Shown here piece after piece: positions 9,608-18,224 of a stretch of 41,046 nt of DNA. Position 1 is the stretch's first letter; the number at the start of each line of letters is the position of its first letter. Origin of the DNA: a virus (taxonomy: Duplodnaviria > Heunggongvirae > Uroviricota > Caudoviricetes); IMG/VR virus record IMGVR_UViG_2529293060_000014. One strand, given 5' to 3'. Under the pieces are notes generated by a model. That model was not told the origin of the DNA. It did not search any database and saw nothing but the letters and a program-made list of their open reading frames with translations. Made by a program: the position numbers and the translations under genes.

Positions 9608-9937
9608 GCCAGATATGTCATTCAGCGAGGAGCTAATGCCAATGGTGCATGGATACGCTGGTCAGATGGTGCAATAGAAGTATTTGGAACCGGTGGATCT
9701 AATGATAATGGACTGGCTAAAGTTGTTTACCCAATTGCACTGCCTAAACTTTCACGTTTTATCAGTATCGCGGAAAGAATAAGAACGGATTACGAGAGCA
9801 CACCTAATAATGTTCACGTTTCAATGATCGTGGATGATCAGGTAACAAATACCGGCTTTTATGCCCGCTGCCAGATGTACGACGGCAGACCATCATCAAA
9901 TGCTTTTTCCTGGAGGGTTTATTGTGCGCCTGTTTAA
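9590..9937 (+). CDS. alternative (currently silent) tail-fibre C-terminal cassette
   Basis: Open frame from the crossover core (VGLGEARYVIQRGANANG...) with no credible start of its own; would be fused to the constant part of H after inversion. Confidence 0.5.
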   Translation, partial: NVGLGEARYVIQRGANANGAWIRWSDGAIEVFGTGGSNDNGLAKVVYPIALPKLSRFISIAERIRTDYESTPNNVHVSMIVDDQVTNTGFYARCQMYDGRPSSNAFSWRVYCAPV

Positions 9938-10121
9938 TCCAGTTACTTTGACTGAAGTAATCCCCGGTCTTCATGACGTGACCGGGGCTATTGAATTACC
10001 GGAGGACAACTGGTTTTTTACTATGACAGAAATTCCTCAGGGCATGGAGCTAACAATTAATGAGAAAGGCGAACCAATACTAATTGAGGTTAATCAGTCT
10101 CAGGGAATACAGGCCAAATAA
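9924..10121 (+). CDS. small ORF of the silent cassette (possible alternative fibre chaperone)
   Basis: GTG start with GGAGGG SD; 65 aa; 3' end overlaps the 3' end of tfa convergently. Confidence 0.35.
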   Translation: MRLFNPVTLTEVIPGLHDVTGAIELPEDNWFFTMTEIPQGMELTINEKGEPILIEVNQSQGIQAK

Positions 10122-10695
10122 TATCAGGCGCGGTGCTGGTATCTGTTGCCGTCACCGCGTCAATGTAATCCAGCACAGCGTTAAGCCGGGTTGTTTCTGC
10201 CTGCGTCAGTTTCCGCCCGGCCTGTAATTTCAGCTGAATCAGACTGATGGAAGCCATAGCAGCATCAATCAGAGACTGGCGCTGTACTTCTGCTGCATCT
10301 ACTGCGGCGCTATGCTGTGCCTCGGTATCTGTTACCCATTTCTCACCATCCCATTTATCGTATGGCGTTAATGGGGCAAAAGTGGTCGTATTTTCAGGGT
10401 AATCCCCCGGCACAGTAATTTCTTTTGATTCCCCCGTTTCGATGCCATAGACAATTTCACCGCGATGGTCTGGCACATATTCCCATGAGTTAAAATCTGC
10501 AGAACGGCAGATTGCATAACCAGCTTTGTATGCGCCTGGAGCATCTAAACAGGAACATGCCGGAATGCCGACACCAACGGCAAGATATTCAGTCGATATG
10601 GAAATATATTCCCGTGTTTCACCATCATAATTATAGACAGTAATATTCCCCGCCTTCGTGGCAATAAACTCGCTATTTAATACAGTGCTATCCAT
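10090..10695 (-). CDS. tail fibre assembly protein (Tfa / gpG family)
   Basis: 201 aa, directly downstream of H; C-terminal region typical of Tfa/U chaperones. Confidence 0.85.
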   Translation of the reverse strand: MDSTVLNSEFIATKAGNITVYNYDGETREYISISTEYLAVGVGIPACSCLDAPGAYKAGYAICRSADFNSWEYVPDHRGEIVYGIETGESKEITVPGDYPENTTTFAPLTPYDKWDGEKWVTDTEAQHSAAVDAAEVQRQSLIDAAMASISLIQLKLQAGRKLTQAETTRLNAVLDYIDAVTATDTSTAPDIIWPVFPETD

Positions 10696-12209
10696 TATGC
10701 AGCCCTCACAATGTAGTTAAATGCGATGTTGCGTGGACGGACACCGAAATAAGAAGTAACACCATTCATTGTCAAATTTCCAGAGCCAAAAGCGGTAAAA
10801 CCAGAACCAGCATTAACTGCCGAATCCGCGTTTCTGACAAAGTTTTTGGGAGGTGAACCGGAAACACCAGCCGAAATATCATCAGCATTACCGCCATTGC
10901 CGTGGTGGTTAGTTATCTTTGTTTCCGCCTGCGCCGTCAATAAACCTCGTCCAGAGTCAACCCCGCGCCCGTCATCCCAGCCGCGAATAAACTCACCACG
11001 TAAATCAGGCAATTTATTTGTCGGATAAGCCTTTGCCAGTTCCGGGTATTCTTCAGCAGAAAAAGCCGCGCCGTTGCATTTCAGCCAGCCTGTTGGCGGA
11101 GTGGCGGAAGGCCATGGAACAGGGACACCAACGGGTAATGCAGAGCCTTCTCCCAAACCAAGGTATGCGAGAAGACCAGCTACATCCTTTCCACTCAAAT
11201 TGGTAAGCGTATTGTCCAGCGGTTGTTTACCTGCCAGCGCATTAAGCATTGTCGTGGCAAAGTTCGGATCATTCCCCAGTGCCGCCGCCAGTTCGTTCAG
11301 TGTATCCAGTGCCGCAGGTGCAGAACCCACCATTGCTGCAATCGCTGATTTCACAAAAGCTGTAGTGGCAATCTGTGTATTGTTGACCGACTGTGCCGCA
11401 GTAGGTGCTGTTGGCGTTCCGGTGAGTGCCGGACTCGACAGCGGTGCTTTTAGTGCCAGCGCATTGTTAATGGTGGTACTGAATTTCGGGTCATTGTTAA
11501 TGGCTGCGGCAATTTCTTTCAGTGTGTCCAGCGTGGCTGGCGCACCGTTAATCAGAGCAGTAATAGCGGCCTGAACAAACTCAGTGGTCGCAATCCGCGT
11601 GGTGTTATTTCCTGCTGCAGGCGTCGGCGCTTTTGGTTCTCCGGTAAATGTCGGATTATGTTTCTGCGCATACTGGGTATGAGGATCTTGTGCGGCAATG
11701 TGGTTTCTCATCTGGTCATCCACATACAGCTTTAATTCCAGGACTTCATCATCCACGTATTTACGGGTTGCCAGCACTACAGCAGGGTCGATTTTCAGGG
11801 TGATATTGTCCGTACTGCTGGTAATCAGCACCATGCGCACGGTCTGGGTGCGCCCGCTGCCTTCAGCCAGTTGCGGCTTATAGCTTTCCGGGCAGTTGCC
11901 CACGGCAATCAATGCCCCGGACTCATCAAACAGGCCCACTTCACGTATCCACCAACCGCCCTCGTTTTCAGGGATCACCTGTTCAGCAATAATCTGGCTG
12001 CTGTTCTGCGGGTCGATATAAAGCATATTCAGCGCAGCCCGGCGTTTCTCATTTACCAGTGCCGTCTGCTTTGCGTCCGGAGTTGGCAATACTCCGCCGC
12101 CATCGCCCACCGCCATATGGGTAATTTTTAGCGGCACACCGAGCGCGGCGGCGCTGGCAAGTTTCGCCGCGCCAATATCCGTCAGCAGGGTATAAAATTT
12201 TGTGCTCAT
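10695..12209 (-). CDS. H: tail fibre protein
   Basis: 504 aa; two tandem ~45-aa repeats (ATTEFVQAAITALINGAPATLDTL... / ATTAFVKSAIAAMVGSAPAALDTL...); position after I and J. Confidence 0.9.
   Translation of the reverse strand: MSTKFYTLLTDIGAAKLASAAALGVPLKITHMAVGDGGGVLPTPDAKQTALVNEKRRAALNMLYIDPQNSSQIIAEQVIPENEGGWWIREVGLFDESGALIAVGNCPESYKPQLAEGSGRTQTVRMVLITSSTDNITLKIDPAVVLATRKYVDDEVLELKLYVDDQMRNHIAAQDPHTQYAQKHNPTFTGEPKAPTPAAGNNTTRIATTEFVQAAITALINGAPATLDTLKEIAAAINNDPKFSTTINNALALKAPLSSPALTGTPTAPTAAQSVNNTQIATTAFVKSAIAAMVGSAPAALDTLNELAAALGNDPNFATTMLNALAGKQPLDNTLTNLSGKDVAGLLAYLGLGEGSALPVGVPVPWPSATPPTGWLKCNGAAFSAEEYPELAKAYPTNKLPDLRGEFIRGWDDGRGVDSGRGLLTAQAETKITNHHGNGGNADDISAGVSGSPPKNFVRNADSAVNAGSGFTAFGSGNLTMNGVTSYFGVRPRNIAFNYIVRAA
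10828..10853. repeat. candidate invertase crossover site inside the tail fibre gene
   Basis: GCGTTTCTGACAAAGTTTTTGGGAGG; the minus-strand codons ...CCC-AAA-AAC-TTT-G align with TTC-ATA-AAC-GTT-G of the site at 9582-9607. Confidence 0.45.
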
Positions 12210-12811
12210 GGATTCACTCTCATTGTGTCAATAACATGGACCGCCCCGCCTTCATGCGCGGTGCCACCGGAAATAATCGTTTCGTTGATATACGGATAGA
12301 TCGTGATTTCTTCGCCAAGATAGCTGGCAACCCCCATCCAATGTGGGCCGCTGGTCTGCAGATTGATGGACATGCCGATCATGTGACGGCTACATGGTTT
12401 GGCATCACTTATCAGCCTCTCAAGTTCCAGATAGGTATCTTCAGTGATGCCCTGGTCCTGCACGCCGATATCCAGGCGAAACGTTCCCGGTGCTTCTCCG
12501 GTCTGCCACCATTCAATAATGCGGATCAGGAAGCCGAACGGCTCCACCACCCGCCGCACAGCACTGGTGGTTCCTTTATGCTGATGTATATAAAAAGCAT
12601 CCTTCACCACCTGGCGTTTGACGCTTTCTGTCCAGCTCTCGTCCCAGCGATCCACAGAGAACGCCCAGGCGAGATAAGGCAGGAAACTGACTGGACAGGT
12701 TGCCGGATTCCACAAGTCACGCAGCGGCACCTGCAAATCAGAAATCCCGCTGCACGCTTGCGCCAGTCGGCGCTCCAGTGGCGTTGAACCCGGTGGCAGC
12801 AGACTATTCAT
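12206..12811 (-). CDS. I: baseplate assembly protein I
   Basis: 201 aa, P2 gene order. Confidence 0.85.
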   Translation of the reverse strand: MNSLLPPGSTPLERRLAQACSGISDLQVPLRDLWNPATCPVSFLPYLAWAFSVDRWDESWTESVKRQVVKDAFYIHQHKGTTSAVRRVVEPFGFLIRIIEWWQTGEAPGTFRLDIGVQDQGITEDTYLELERLISDAKPCSRHMIGMSINLQTSGPHWMGVASYLGEEITIYPYINETIISGGTAHEGGAVHVIDTMRVNP

Positions 12812-13712
12812 CAGTTCCCCCGTTGGTTACGCTCCACTGCGTACATGATGCCGCCTGCGTTTTGTTCAGGACCACATCCGCCAGCGGCGAAGCCAGTTCC
12901 ACACGCTGCACACCTTCAACATGCAACGCGGCAAAGATGGCGCTACGGCGAATATCCCGACCAAGCCGCGTCTGACTGGCGATGTACTTCTGCAGGCTGG
13001 CTTTTGCCGCTGCCATTACCGGCTCTGCTTCTGGTCCCGGATAGAGAAAAATGGTGGCTTCCACGCGGTACGGGATGATTTCTGCACTGCGAACCGTCAG
13101 ACGGTCAGCCACCGGGCGGACGTTCTCACTGTTCAGAGCTTTTTCCACCACGTCCAGCAGGTCTTTTTCTGCAGTTCCATCGCCTTCGCGGCTAAGGACA
13201 GTCAGCACCACCTCTGCAGGTGCCGGGCTGGTTGCACTGGCATCCGCCACCCGACCGTCGGCGCTTCGGGCATGAAATTCATAAGCTGCAGTTGGCCCCG
13301 CAACTGAAAGCCCTTCAAAGGCTGCAGGCACACGCAGGCGTAACGCTTCATCGCTTTCCATCACAGCTGCAACGGGCGGCACAGCGTCATTATCAGCAGG
13401 CGTCACCGTCAGGCGTTTCACGTTGTAGTTGGCAGCGAGCTGGTCAAGATCGCTGCCCATCGCGTAAGCCACCATCACAGCCTGCGCGGCTTCGTTAATG
13501 CGCTGGCGCAGAAGCAACTCACGGTAAGCGTTCTCCTGCAGCAATTTGGTGACGGGTTCAGATTCCAGTTCCAGCGTGCGGATCACTGCTTCCTGCTCAT
13601 CTTTCGGATGAAGCGCCACAAATTCTGCCTTGCGTTCGGCAAGCAGCGTCTCAAAGTCCGGCACATCCACAATCTGCGGCGCAGGCAACTGCGAAAGGTC
13701 AATCACTGCCAT
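12804..13712 (-). CDS. J: baseplate assembly protein J
   Basis: Track ORF extends to 13751; start set at MAVIDLSQLPAP by analogy with the P2 gpJ N-terminus. Confidence 0.85.
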   Translation of the reverse strand: MAVIDLSQLPAPQIVDVPDFETLLAERKAEFVALHPKDEQEAVIRTLELESEPVTKLLQENAYRELLLRQRINEAAQAVMVAYAMGSDLDQLAANYNVKRLTVTPADNDAVPPVAAVMESDEALRLRVPAAFEGLSVAGPTAAYEFHARSADGRVADASATSPAPAEVVLTVLSREGDGTAEKDLLDVVEKALNSENVRPVADRLTVRSAEIIPYRVEATIFLYPGPEAEPVMAAAKASLQKYIASQTRLGRDIRRSAIFAALHVEGVQRVELASPLADVVLNKTQAASCTQWSVTNGGTDE

Positions 13713-14058
13713 TCTCTGCTCCTGTTGATACGGAAAGGGAAACAGGCACACCGTTATTACGCCGCCCGGTCAGCTCCACCACCATTGAACCGTCAAAATT
13801 GCTGTTGATGGTGATGGAATCCAGCGTCAGCCGTGGCTCCCAGCGACTCAGCGCCACATACACTGCCGACATGACCTGCAGGCGTAATGCCGGATTTTGT
13901 GGCTGGTCTATCAGTGTCGACAGCAGGGAACCATATTCACGACGGGCAATGCGGCTACCCTGCGGTGTCAGTAGAATGTCCCGCACCGACTGACGCAGAT
14001 GGTCAATATCAGTAATGGCTTTACCGCTGGTATTGTTCATCCCGATATAAAGCGTCAT
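13699..14058 (-). CDS. W: baseplate wedge protein W (gp25-like)
   Basis: 119 aa, P2 gene order. Confidence 0.85.
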   Translation of the reverse strand: MTLYIGMNNTSGKAITDIDHLRQSVRDILLTPQGSRIARREYGSLLSTLIDQPQNPALRLQVMSAVYVALSRWEPRLTLDSITINSNFDGSMVVELTGRRNNGVPVSLSVSTGAENGSD

Positions 14059-14633
14059 ACCGGGCCTCCGGTTGTATCGCCGCCTTTCAGGACGCCAGTA
14101 TGCTGATGCGCATCAACCACGATCCCGTTAGAACTCATCGCTCCGCCGCCCTGGGTAACGCCACCATTGATCACCACTTCACTGTTAATGCGCGTGCGGT
14201 CAGCCTCCAGTACAAACTCACTGGTTTTCATGGTGATGTTGTCAGCGGCCTCAATGACCATTGATTTGATGCCCCTGACATGCCAGCGTCCGGTGGCGGG
14301 TTCGTATTCAAACCAGCCACCGTCAGGATGTTCTGTCACGCAGGCGTCCGCCGACGTCGACGGTGGCGCGAACTGATTCGAATAGATGGCGGGTAACGCA
14401 AAGGCGGTTTCCAGATTGCCGCCCAGACTCAGCAGCACCACCTGCTCACCTTCCGATGGTCGCCACCATGTGCGGGCATTCCCGGCACGCAGCGTCAGCC
14501 AGCTGATCCAGTTAGTTTCAAGCTCGCCCGTTTTCACCCGGCAAAGCCAGTTTTCCCGGTCCACTTCGGTGACTACACCTGTGCGGATCAGGTTGGTGAT
14601 AAGGCGCATGATTTCGGTTAATTGTGCGTTCAT
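14055..14633 (-). CDS. V: baseplate spike protein V
   Basis: 192 aa; N-terminus resembles P2 gpV as recalled. Confidence 0.85.
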   Translation of the reverse strand: MNAQLTEIMRLITNLIRTGVVTEVDRENWLCRVKTGELETNWISWLTLRAGNARTWWRPSEGEQVVLLSLGGNLETAFALPAIYSNQFAPPSTSADACVTEHPDGGWFEYEPATGRWHVRGIKSMVIEAADNITMKTSEFVLEADRTRINSEVVINGGVTQGGGAMSSNGIVVDAHQHTGVLKGGDTTGGPV

Positions 14634-14701
14634 AGGGAAAGGTTGCCATCAGGGGAAGAAAGGCGGCAGTGCCGCAACTTGTATCAGTGCTGGTACAAAA
14701 A

Positions 14702-15148
14702 TCACCCCGCCAACCATTGCAGAATCATGTCGCGGGTCATTGCCTCAACATCATCATTTACGCCCAGAAGGCGACGCTCTGCGTAACGGACCTCCGGTCC
14801 TTTGCGGCTGACGCGATCACGCAGGCCATAATGGTGAACGCGGGCAATGCGCTGCACCTTACCTTCAAACTGCACGCTGGCAGAATCCTCGCTGGCGGCG
14901 GTTTTCAGGTATTTTGTGGTGCGAAGTTTTGTAAACATCTGCCGTTTGATACGGCCTTTTTTACTGCGTGCTGTTACTCGCCTCGGTTCATAGCTGCTGC
15001 CATCAGGATTGAGTTGCATCCTGATGTTCTGCTGCTGTGTCCGGCGCAGTTCCTGCGCCAGCTGGCGCATCATGCGGCTTCTTGCGGCTGGTTCCAGATT
15101 CGCCAGCAAAGCACTCAGCCAATCGTCCACCTTCTGCAGTTCAGCCAC
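14702..15148 (-). CDS. S: tail completion protein S
   Basis: 148 aa, P2 gene order. Confidence 0.8.
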   Translation of the reverse strand: MAELQKVDDWLSALLANLEPAARSRMMRQLAQELRRTQQQNIRMQLNPDGSSYEPRRVTARSKKGRIKRQMFTKLRTTKYLKTAASEDSASVQFEGKVQRIARVHHYGLRDRVSRKGPEVRYAERRLLGVNDDVEAMTRDMILQWLAG

Positions 15149-15593
15149 GTTTCACCGTCCACATTTCTTCAGGTTCATCGGGTTCCGCTACCGCTTCAAC
15201 ACTCGACACACTGCCGTCAGTGCTGACCAGCACACGCTCCGTCAGTTGCAGGTTAAGGCTGATATCACAGACATCGTTGCGCAAAATATCCACCTCAAAG
15301 GTGAATAGTTTTTCCCGTAACGCCGGGTTATTGATGGCATCGGGCTGGTTATCACGCAGCCACAGCAAAACCGGGGCCATCAGCAGATTCTGGTCGCCGC
15401 TGAAATCCTCAATCACCACGTTGAGGGTATAACGGTACTCCCATGACATGGAGCTGGCCCCCGTGGCAACCAGCGAACCGTTATCCACAAACAGATGCAG
15501 TTTGTCCGGGTTATTGCGGACATAAGGCACTGCTTTATTGAGGGCGTGGCGCAGGGACTGTGGTTTGTTCACTGTTTCGCTCCTGACACGCAA
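15141..15593 (-). CDS. R: tail completion protein R
   Basis: 150 aa, P2 gene order. Confidence 0.8.
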   Translation of the reverse strand: MRVRSETVNKPQSLRHALNKAVPYVRNNPDKLHLFVDNGSLVATGASSMSWEYRYTLNVVIEDFSGDQNLLMAPVLLWLRDNQPDAINNPALREKLFTFEVDILRNDVCDISLNLQLTERVLVSTDGSVSSVEAVAEPDEPEEMWTVKRG

Positions 15594-15825
15594 TAATCAT
15601 GTCCACTTTGTCTGCACAGACCGCCCAGGCGGCCTCCGTTTCATCCAGCAATGCGTTCAGATCACCGTTAGTGCGCGGCGCTGCCTGCTCCAGCCGACAC
15701 GGCGTCACTCGCGGACAACCACTGACGGTAAGCTGCACCTCCGGTGAGTGCCGGACGTTCCCGCAGCCGGATAATGTCAGCAGGCAAAGGAGTATCAGCC
15801 CAGCGGCGTAAATCCTCGTTCTCAC
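15535..15825 (-). CDS. o-spanin (Rz1 / LysC-like outer-membrane lipoprotein)
   Basis: Signal peptide with lipobox LTLSGC; Pro-rich; frame overlaps the i-spanin gene and the R start. True start uncertain. Confidence 0.65.
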   Translation of the reverse strand: MRTRIYAAGLILLCLLTLSGCGNVRHSPEVQLTVSGCPRVTPCRLEQAAPRTNGDLNALLDETEAAWAVCADKVDMIIACQERNSEQTTVPAPRPQ

Positions 15826-16096
15826 GTTTCAGTTCCTCGATCCGGCGTTGTTGTTGTCTCAGCAGTGCGCTGGTCTGTTCTGCTTCGGCGTAGAGCCGCG
15901 CCTGCTCCCGATTGTTGGTTTCAGCCAGAATGGACAGACCGATCAGCTGGCTGTTTTTCTTCGTCAGTTCTTGCGCTTTACTTTTCAGCGCCGCGCGCTG
16001 CGTTTCGATGGTGTGGCTGGCGCTGTTAAGCCGCCACGACTGCCAGCCCAGCGTAACGAGTGCCAGCGCCCCCACTACTGCCAGCGCACGCGTCAT
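15668..16096 (-). CDS. i-spanin (Rz / LysB-like)
   Basis: 142 aa; N-terminal transmembrane helix then coiled-coil periplasmic domain. Confidence 0.75.
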   Translation of the reverse strand: MTRALAVVGALALVTLGWQSWRLNSASHTIETQRAALKSKAQELTKKNSQLIGLSILAETNNREQARLYAEAEQTSALLRQQQRRIEELKRENEDLRRWADTPLPADIIRLRERPALTGGAAYRQWLSASDAVSAGAGSAAH

Positions 16097-16608
16097 AGTC
16101 CAGCTCCTTTAAGGCACCAGGCCATCTCCCGCGCACGGCGGTTATCCAGCCCCTGATTAAACACACCTTTTACATACACCCAGCGCGGCAACTGTCGGCA
16201 CGCATCCGCCCAGCGCCGCTGATTGAGCAATTTCACCAGCGTGGAACTGCAGGCATTGCCCGTACCCACGTTGAAGGCAAACGACACCGCAGCGTCATAC
16301 ACCTTCTGCGGCGGCTGTTGCTTCACACACCTTTCCAGCGCCCGCTCCACACGCAGCACGTTGGAGATCAGCCCTTCTGCTGCCTGTCGCTCCGTAATGG
16401 TTTTGCCGGGAATGACGCCCGACGTATTACCAATGCCGTCGGTCCAGACACCCGCGCTGCACTGATACGGCTGCAGACGACAACCTTCGTAATCGGCAAT
16501 CAGTTTCAGTCCCTCCACGGAGGTGTGAAGCTGCTGAAAACCCGGCAGCGTGGCAGCAATAGCCAGCACGGTCCCGACAAGGCAGCGTTTAACGATTGAT
16601 GGATTCAT
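16093..16608 (-). CDS. SAR-endolysin (T4-type lysozyme with signal-anchor-release N-terminus)
   Basis: Gly/Ala-rich weakly hydrophobic N-terminus followed by the E...C..PY.C.AGVWTDGIGNT catalytic motif, as in P1 Lyz / phage 21 R. Confidence 0.9.
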   Translation of the reverse strand: MNPSIVKRCLVGTVLAIAATLPGFQQLHTSVEGLKLIADYEGCRLQPYQCSAGVWTDGIGNTSGVIPGKTITERQAAEGLISNVLRVERALERCVKQQPPQKVYDAAVSFAFNVGTGNACSSTLVKLLNQRRWADACRQLPRWVYVKGVFNQGLDNRRAREMAWCLKGAGL

Positions 16609-16804
16609 AGTCCTCCCGCGAGATCTGCCCGTCGCGCAGAAGCTGGTAGGCTTTGTGTTTGTAGTACCAGTTGATAGCCAGCATCAGCACACCAATCATC
16701 AGGCCGCCCAGCGTTGAGGCATCTTTGATGGACAAATCGCCCAGCCAGGCCAGCACGACGGCGATGCAATACGTGATAAAGGCGCTGATTCGCTCAAGCG
16801 TCAT
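16589..16804 (-). CDS. holin (probably pinholin, two TMDs)
   Basis: 71 aa; two hydrophobic helices and a charged C-terminus; directly upstream of the SAR-endolysin. Confidence 0.75.
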   Translation of the reverse strand: MTLERISAFITYCIAVVLAWLGDLSIKDASTLGGLMIGVLMLAINWYYKHKAYQLLRDGQISREDYESINR

Positions 16805-16807
16805 AAT

Positions 16808-17011
16808 TCAGTCCCATAGCTGGACGGTCTGCACGGTGGTGGTGGTCGGAATGTCCGGCAGCTCCACCTGCAGCCCGTGAGGTAAAAAGGGGCCGTATTC
16901 GGCAAGCCCCGGATTTGCCTTCAGTACCTGCTCCGTGACACCCTGCGTGCGCCCGTAATGACGCCAGCAAAGCGCGTCCACCGTGTCATACTGATGCGCA
17001 CGCACTTTCAT
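16808..17011 (-). CDS. X: tail protein X
   Basis: 67 aa, LysM-like; position between L and the lysis cassette as in P2. Confidence 0.8.
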   Translation of the reverse strand: MKVRAHQYDTVDALCWRHYGRTQGVTEQVLKANPGLAEYGPFLPHGLQVELPDIPTTTTVQTVQLWD

Positions 17012-17538
17012 CAGATAAGCTCCACTGTGCAGTGCGGCGCGTCCTGCACCCGGCTGATGGCCCAGCGGGCGTCACGCCACAAATCACCGCTGGCTTCTGC
17101 CAGTTCTTCGCCTCGCTTCACACCGGATGCCGTGGCGTCATAGTCCTGGTATCGTTCGTTGAGCATGGCGCGTGCCCAGCAGTAAACCGCGTTGAAATAG
17201 TGCTGAATGCGCTCACTTTTGCCGTCCAGCTGCTCCGCCGGAACCTCTGCCAGCGAGGCATATCCCAGCATCTGCTGGCGTCTGCGAAACTCATACAACT
17301 CTGCGTTGACCTCCGAAATTGCCGACAGCGCAACCTGCTTTAAACGCGGCTGCGTCACCGTGCCGTCAGTGCGCATGACACTGCGAAACTCCGACAGGTC
17401 CACATCAGGCCAGAACGGCGTGTTTCTGATGATTTCCGCCTGTTCCGGTGCCTGTTCTGGCGCAACAAACTTCATGCTGCTTTCTCCTGAAATAGAGGGC
17501 GGTGGACGGGGTTTTGATGTGGCAGTGCCTTTCGCCAC
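17011..17538 (-). CDS. L: head completion / stabilisation protein
   Basis: 175 aa, P2 gene order. Confidence 0.8.
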   Translation of the reverse strand: MAKGTATSKPRPPPSISGESSMKFVAPEQAPEQAEIIRNTPFWPDVDLSEFRSVMRTDGTVTQPRLKQVALSAISEVNAELYEFRRRQQMLGYASLAEVPAEQLDGKSERIQHYFNAVYCWARAMLNERYQDYDATASGVKRGEELAEASGDLWRDARWAISRVQDAPHCTVELI

Positions 17539-17570
17539 CCCGTGCCGCCCGTGCGCGGGGGCACGTTCTG

Positions 17571-18221
17571 TCAGCGGCTGTCATTGCGCAGTCTGCGCTC
17601 CAGCTGCTGTTTGTCTTTTTTCACGCCACAGCGGGGATCGAGCTGTAACGCATGGTTGAGATGATTAAGGGCGGAAGCCGGGTTGCTTTCACTCAGGACA
17701 GCGCCAATCGCTTTATGCAGACGCGCCCGTGACTGGTCCGGCATATCCAGACCGTCTGTCAGCTCCAGCGTCTGCAGCAACAGATCGGCATCAAAGCCGG
17801 TGGCGGCAAGCATTGCGCTCTGCGCCGCGTCTGCCATTTCCTCTGCCAGCACGGTCTGCACATTGCGATTACCCAGCGGCATCACCCAGCCATGACGCAG
17901 GGCATGACGCCCGATCTCCAGCGCCCCGGCATAATCTCCGGCATCAATGCGCCACAGCATCACGTACATCAGCACGTCATCCTGTTGAGCGCCTCCGGCA
18001 GTCAGGACACCCTCTGCCCAGGCGACGTATTTCGGCAGCAGCTCCACCTTGATTTCCGCTTTTTTGACCGTGGACTGAACGCCCTTGAGACGGCGGCGGT
18101 CTTCCGCCAGTTGCAGCAGCATCAGGTCATAGCCCGACGCGTGGCGAACACTGCCGCCCTCGCGGGCGGCCTGTTCAGCCTGAACGCGCAGGCGATGCTG
18201 CCGTGCGGGACTCAGGCTCAT
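17571..18221 (-). CDS. M: terminase endonuclease (small) subunit
   Basis: 216 aa, P2 gene order between L and N. Confidence 0.8.
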   Translation of the reverse strand: MSLSPARQHRLRVQAEQAAREGGSVRHASGYDLMLLQLAEDRRRLKGVQSTVKKAEIKVELLPKYVAWAEGVLTAGGAQQDDVLMYVMLWRIDAGDYAGALEIGRHALRHGWVMPLGNRNVQTVLAEEMADAAQSAMLAATGFDADLLLQTLELTDGLDMPDQSRARLHKAIGAVLSESNPASALNHLNHALQLDPRCGVKKDKQQLERRLRNDSR

Positions 18222-18224
18222 GGA

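Noticed and set aside
10695-12209. Tandem ~45-aa repeats inside the tail fibre gene, considered as a separate repeat element
   Set aside because: They are in frame within one continuous ORF and typical of fibre shaft repeats; not an independent feature.
14680-14697. TGT-N12-ACA match upstream of V
   Set aside because: Its centre is only about 55 bp from the V start codon, inconsistent with the ~86-bp spacing at FI and O; this 6-of-18-specified pattern is expected several times by chance in 41 kb.
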